DNA from: Granulicella sp.
GTDB lineage: Bacteria; Acidobacteriota; Terriglobia; Terriglobales; Acidobacteriaceae
Direction of reading: 5' to 3'
Length of the DNA: 64,000 nucleotides
Assembly (NCBI GenBank): GCA_027339965.1
Contig: DAHWNL010000036.1
Location: forward strand, 32,001 to 96,000
Numbering within the stretch: position 1 is the stretch's first letter; each line of letters starts with the position of its first letter. Under the pieces are notes generated by a model, which ran no database searches, was not told the origin of the DNA, and saw only the letters and a list, made by a program, of their open reading frames with translations. A program made the translations under genes and the position numbers. Of the stretch, positions 59,772 through 64,000 are shown in pieces.

Positions 59772-60656
59772 CTACTGAGACTGATACGGATTGGGCTGAG
59801 GGTAGGAGGGAGATTGCTGTTGCTCGGTGATGGCGACGGAGCGCTCCAGGCGGAAGGTCAGGTACGTCCCCTGGGGGAGATAGATCTCCTTGTTGCCCGT
59901 GAACGCGTCACCCGCAGTTCCCGCGCCGGCTCCAGCCAGACCGCCGATCAAAGCTCCTTTGCCGCCCCCGGCCAGGCCCCCGATCAGAGCGCCCAGCCCG
60001 GCTCCGCCGCCGGCGAAGAGCCCGGTGCGCATGCCTTTGCCCTTCTCCACGCGCTCAACGGCGGTGGTGGACACTTGGTAGATGCCCCAGCGCGATTGCA
60101 CACCATCCAGGCGCACCTCAAGCACCGCACTACCAGCGAAGCGGCCGAGTGGCTTGGCAGCAATCACTGTACCCTGGGCGCGCGCGCCCTGGGGGACGAT
60201 GACTTGGCCGTTTACCACCACATTGTCGACGATGGTAGCGGGGAAGGTCTCGCCGGGTTCGCTGATCTTCGAGCCGAGATCCTGATCCAGACTGACGCGC
60301 AACCGCGTGCCCGCAGGGAGATCGGCTATACGCGGTGGCGGAGGCGCCTGCTGCTGGTACGGCCCTGACTGCTGCGGATACGGCCCAGACTGCTGCGGAT
60401 ACGGCCCTGACTGCTGCGGATACGGCCCAGAAGGAGGCCCGGATGGACCGCCTTGCTCTGGATAGGCGGAGGGATTTGCGCCATTGCCGCCCGGAACCGG
60501 CGAGGCTGGTCCATTGGGCGCGACTGCGGCTCCCGGCGGCGCACCGTTCGCAGGCTGTGACGACGATTTGCAACCGGCCAGAAGGAGCGTGCTAAAGAGC
60601 GCCAGCGACGCAAATGCAGACGCGGCAGAGAAAAGCAAACTGCGACGAGGGTTCAT
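59772..60656 (-). CDS. Lipoprotein with a Pro/Gln-rich linker, TrbI-like beta domain and glycine zipper
   Basis: Lipobox LLAG|C, LPAGTRLRVSL, GGGAGLGALIGGLAGGGKGALIGG. Confidence 0.8.
   Translation of the reverse strand: MNPRRSLLFSAASAFASLALFSTLLLAGCKSSSQPANGAPPGAAVAPNGPASPVPGGNGANPSAYPEQGGPSGPPSGPYPQQSGPYPQQSGPYPQQSGPYQQQAPPPPRIADLPAGTRLRVSLDQDLGSKISEPGETFPATIVDNVVVNGQVIVPQGARAQGTVIAAKPLGRFAGSAVLEVRLDGVQSRWGIYQVSTTAVERVEKGKGMRTGLFAGGGAGLGALIGGLAGGGKGALIGGLAGAGAGTAGDAFTGNKEIYLPQGTYLTFRLERSVAITEQQQSPSYPQPNPYQSQ
60348..60431 (-). repeat. In-frame 21-bp tandem repeat x4 (SGPYPQQ)
   Basis: CTGCTGCGGATACGGCCC(A/T)GA units on the + strand at 60348 (variant), 60369, 60390, 60411. Confidence 0.92.
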
Positions 60657-60956
60657 GAGTTCCACTCCAGAAGAGAACGTTTCGCCGATGGGCGATGAAA
60701 GAAAACAGGACAGTCCAGTTGTGGGGACTACCAAATTATGTCATTGCCCGGCGACAAACGGAATGGATTCTTTTGATAAGCCGCCACCATGTCAGCGGCT
60801 GAATCCGGCTTTGCCCCTCCAGATGGGCGTCCGGGAGGGCGCAAGGCGATGGGCTGGAATGCTCACGGCGTCCGTTGCGCGGTCAAGCGCAGAGACCGAG
60901 GCCGAGATGCCTGATCATGCCTCCACCAGCCGTCTCTCGGCGGGAGCGGCCCCCGG

Positions 60957-61967
60957 TTACCCCTGAACCGGCTCCCAGTGGCCAGAGTCCCCAGAGCGCA
61001 AGATCGCCTGGATCACGGCCATGTTGGCGATGGAATCCTCCAGCGGAACCGGGACTTCGGTGTTGTCGAGGATGGCGCGGGCAAAGGCGTCGCCCTGGAG
61101 GGTGTACTGGTCGGAGGTGGAAAAGCTCTCCGTTGCGATGCCGCTCCAATTCAGTTCCCCGGTGGCGTCGATGAAGAGGCGCGTGGGTCGGTCATTGGGC
61201 GCGTTGAAGGGAACTTCGATCTCGATGCGGCCGCGGGCGCCAAAGAAGTGGACGCGCTGGTAGGGAATCATCTGCGTGCTGCAGGTGAAGATGGCCTGCC
61301 CGGCAGGGAAGTCGAGGATGGCGGAAGCCAGCCGGTCGGTGCGCATTCCAGGATCGCGTTCGACCAGCGCCACCACCCGCGTCGGTTCCTGATCGAAGGC
61401 CATGCGAGCAGATTGAATGCAGTAGCAGCCGATATCGTAGATGCCGCCTCCTCCCATCTCGGGAAGGTTGCGGATATTGGCGGGATCGGTGTTGAAGTAG
61501 CTGAAGTGCGCATGGACGGCGAGCAGCCGGCCGATGCGGCCTTGGGCGATGAGTTCGCGCATCCGCAGCCACTGCGGGGCGCTGCGAATCATGAAGGCTT
61601 CCGAGATCTTGACGCCGGTGCGGGCACGCACGTCGATCAGACCCCTGGCTTCCTCCACGGTCAGGCTGATGGGCTTCTCGCAAAGCACATGCTTGCCGGC
61701 TTCGGCGGCTTTCACGGTGAGTGGAACGTGCAGGTGATTGGGCAGAGGGTTGTATACAGCGTCGATGTCGGGGTCGGCGAGGAGTTCCTCATAAGAGCCG
61801 TAAGCCGTGGGAATGCCCAGCAGGGCAGCCGCCTGGCGAGCCTTGGCAGGGTCCCGTGAGGCGATGGCGGTGACCGTGGTAAGCTCACCCTTCTGCATGG
61901 CGGGGATCACTTTTTTCACCCCAATGTTGGCGGTGCTCAGGACTCCGAAGCGGATCTTTCTGGCCAT
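60957..61967 (-). CDS. Gfo/Idh/MocA-family oxidoreductase
   Basis: FGVLSTANIG, AVYNPLPNHLH, HVLCEKP, GGGIYDIGCY. Confidence 0.95.
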   Translation of the reverse strand: MARKIRFGVLSTANIGVKKVIPAMQKGELTTVTAIASRDPAKARQAAALLGIPTAYGSYEELLADPDIDAVYNPLPNHLHVPLTVKAAEAGKHVLCEKPISLTVEEARGLIDVRARTGVKISEAFMIRSAPQWLRMRELIAQGRIGRLLAVHAHFSYFNTDPANIRNLPEMGGGGIYDIGCYCIQSARMAFDQEPTRVVALVERDPGMRTDRLASAILDFPAGQAIFTCSTQMIPYQRVHFFGARGRIEIEVPFNAPNDRPTRLFIDATGELNWSGIATESFSTSDQYTLQGDAFARAILDNTEVPVPLEDSIANMAVIQAILRSGDSGHWEPVQG

Positions 61968-62089
61968 AGAGGAATGATACTGTGGTGCGCATGCCGCGCA
62001 GGCGGCAGGGTGCAATTCGCTTCTTTCTGCGTCGGAGACAGACAACCCCCACCTTCCGCGAAGACCGAGCGTCCTCCTCGGCTGAGGTC

Positions 62090-62465
62090 TTAGAGGTTGC
62101 GCCGCCGGAGCCCATCCGCGCGGAAGACTCCGTAACGCCAAGCGATGCGCACGATCTCGCGGATGCGAAAGTTGAAGATCTGCCGGGGCCAAAAGAGTTC
62201 GCGTTTGTCGCACAAGGTGGAGATGCTGAAGCGGTTAATCTCGCCCTTCAACTCGCGGGAGGCGATCTGCCCCTGTAGTCGGAACTCGGCATCGATGCGC
62301 CGGCGCAGGGCGCGGGCGTCGGCGATCGCTGTGGCTACTTTGGCCCCGCGCCTGGGGCTGATCCGGCCGTAGCGGACCTTCAACGCGTTGCGCCGCTCGG
62401 CAGCATCCTAGGTGGCCTCTGCGAACTGGGCGCGGCTTCTCCATCTCCCCTTTCGCGACTCCATG
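62090..62465 (-). pseudogene. Possible degenerate ORF with an in-frame TAG and weak LuxR/FixJ-like C-terminus
   Basis: Same-frame reading MESRKG...AEAT*DAAERRNALKVRYGRISPR...FSISTL...IREIVRIAWRYGV; resemblance is by eye only. Confidence 0.25.
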
Positions 62466-62572
62466 AGGCGCCAAGAGGTACCGAAAGGGACGTTCCAATA
62501 TTGATCCGGACAGGGAGCGGTCCAAAACGATTCCGCAATCTCGGGCCAAATTGGTCCTAAAATAAGAGTGCC

Positions 62573-63007
62573 ATGTCTGATCACGAAAGCAAGAACCTCT
62601 CTCAAATCGACCTATCTCAGCCTCCCGGCGAGAAGATGGTGCGCGTCACCTTCGAGCCTGAAAACAAGACGGTGGAGTTCCCCTTCGGATCCCTGCCCTA
62701 CGATGGGCATGGCCAGCCGATGAGCTTGCTCGATATCGCCGAGAACTACGGCATCTTTCTGGACCATGCCTGCGGTGGCGTGGCTGCCTGCACCACTTGT
62801 CACCTGTTCGTGAAGCGCGGCGCCGAGGGGCTCTCCGAGGCCGAAGATCTGGAGCTGGATCGGCTGGACATGGCTCCGGGCCTGCAGCTCAACTCAAGGC
62901 TGGGCTGCCAGTGCGTGATCGAAAGACCGGGAACTTACGTGGTGGAGATCCCATCCTGGAACAAGAACTACGTGCAGGAGGGTAAACCCGCGGCAGTTAA
63001 GAAATAG
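62573..63007 (+). CDS. 2Fe-2S ferredoxin (adrenodoxin/ISC-type)
   Basis: HACGGVAACTTCH (CX5CX2C), ELDRLD, SRLGCQ. Confidence 0.92.
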   Translation: MSDHESKNLSQIDLSQPPGEKMVRVTFEPENKTVEFPFGSLPYDGHGQPMSLLDIAENYGIFLDHACGGVAACTTCHLFVKRGAEGLSEAEDLELDRLDMAPGLQLNSRLGCQCVIERPGTYVVEIPSWNKNYVQEGKPAAVKK

Positions 63008-63050
63008 AGCTGGCTCTGCGCTGTGCCCTGGGGCAGGAGGAGGTGGAAGC

Positions 63051-63977
63051 TTATGGTTTCCTCAGCCTTGGAACCAGCGTTCTGGTCATCTGGCGCCGAT
63101 CCCGCAGGACCACGAGAACCATCGCCCGGCCGCGGCTGCGATGCAGCCGGACGACCCACGCGCTGGCGGAACGGATTCCAATTGAATCCGCCTTCAGAAT
63201 GACATCTCCGGCCCGCAGTCCGGCCGTAGCGGCTGGGCTATTGGCGGCAACCGACTCCACGAGCACCCCTACTCCTGATGGGGCACCGAAGAACTCGCCC
63301 AACTGCGGCTCCATGTTGGCCACCATCATTCCCGTAAACGGGGTGGTATGCAACATCTGCATCAGGAAGCGCCGGCTGCGCGAGAGCGGTTCAGGAGCCG
63401 CTGTCACCGACGCGACTCCGTCGGCTCCCGGATCAGCCGAAGACTCGGCTGGCAGCTCTTCGGCCATATGCAGCATGGCTTCGCGCTCCACTTCGCCGCG
63501 AGAGGCAAGCTGGGCGTGGATCACCATCTTCTGGCCGTCGCGGAAGACCAGCAGCGAGATATCGGCGCCGACCCCATCCTCGCGGATCATCCGCCGCAGG
63601 GCCTCAGCGCCCTCCACAGGCTGCCCGTTCAGGCTCAAAATCACATCCTGGGGCTGAAGCCCCGCTTTTCCGGCCGGTCCGTCGTGATCCACCATCCGGA
63701 CCACGACTCCGTAGCCGGTTTTGACGTGAAGCGCCGCGGCCTGCTGGTCGCTAAGGTTCTGGAACAGCGTCCCTAGATATCCTGGGGCATGGGGCGGAAC
63801 TCCTCGCAGCAGAGATGTCTCCGGCGAAGCCCCGTGAGCGCTGGCCTCCGGCAGAGCCCCGCTCTGCGAGAGGATCCGGTTGGGAGAGGCCTCCGCCGGG
63901 GCTGGACCGGTGAGCAGAGGCAGCGCCGCGAGCGTGAGCCCGAAGATGGCAATCCGGGTCGGACGCCCCCGTGTCAA
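63051..63977 (-). CDS. Exported tandem PDZ-domain protein (frame open to the window edge; start may lie outside)
   Basis: Signal-like N-terminus, GYLG, GPAGKAGLQPQDVILSLNG, SPAATAGLRAGDVI; no protease domain seen. Confidence 0.85.
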   Translation of the reverse strand: MTRGRPTRIAIFGLTLAALPLLTGPAPAEASPNRILSQSGALPEASAHGASPETSLLRGVPPHAPGYLGTLFQNLSDQQAAALHVKTGYGVVVRMVDHDGPAGKAGLQPQDVILSLNGQPVEGAEALRRMIREDGVGADISLLVFRDGQKMVIHAQLASRGEVEREAMLHMAEELPAESSADPGADGVASVTAAPEPLSRSRRFLMQMLHTTPFTGMMVANMEPQLGEFFGAPSGVGVLVESVAANSPAATAGLRAGDVILKADSIGIRSASAWVVRLHRSRGRAMVLVVLRDRRQMTRTLVPRLRKP

Positions 63978-64000
63978 AACGAAGCGTCTCGGGGCTTGAT

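Overview
GC-rich bacterial chromosome segment. Gene content and protein styles point to Acidobacteriota, probably Terriglobia/Acidobacteriaceae (inference). Most of the window is core or housekeeping: eda, cobB, pyrH, pyrG, yraN, an IscA/ErpA carrier, rbfA, nrnA, guaB, a 2Fe-2S ferredoxin, a type IV pilus/T2SS inner-membrane cluster (pilC-pilB-pilM/N/O/P-like plus a pseudopilin), several ABC and MFS transporters, an ArnT-like glycosyltransferase and assorted enzymes. The standout is an accessory-looking, tightly spaced minus-strand operon at 4046-8830. It encodes a signal-peptide-bearing TPR-CHAT (caspase-like) protease with its His/Cys dyad intact, an ECF-type sigma factor and a single-pass membrane anti-sigma-like protein, and it is bordered by an IS256 remnant and a truncated PadR. 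This is a candidate protease-triggered trans-envelope sigma-release system. Other points of note: a dioxygenase-esterase (MhqO/MhqD-like) fusion, a highly structured 420-nt intergenic region before the pilus operon, a MarR-CLC operon with non-canonical selectivity motifs and a tandem operator, an ABC permease-M1 peptidase fusion, a multiply frameshifted secreted esterase, two small membrane proteins missed by the ORF track, and several probable leaderless genes. No rRNA, tRNA or CRISPR array was found. All calls come from reading motifs by eye; no searches were run.
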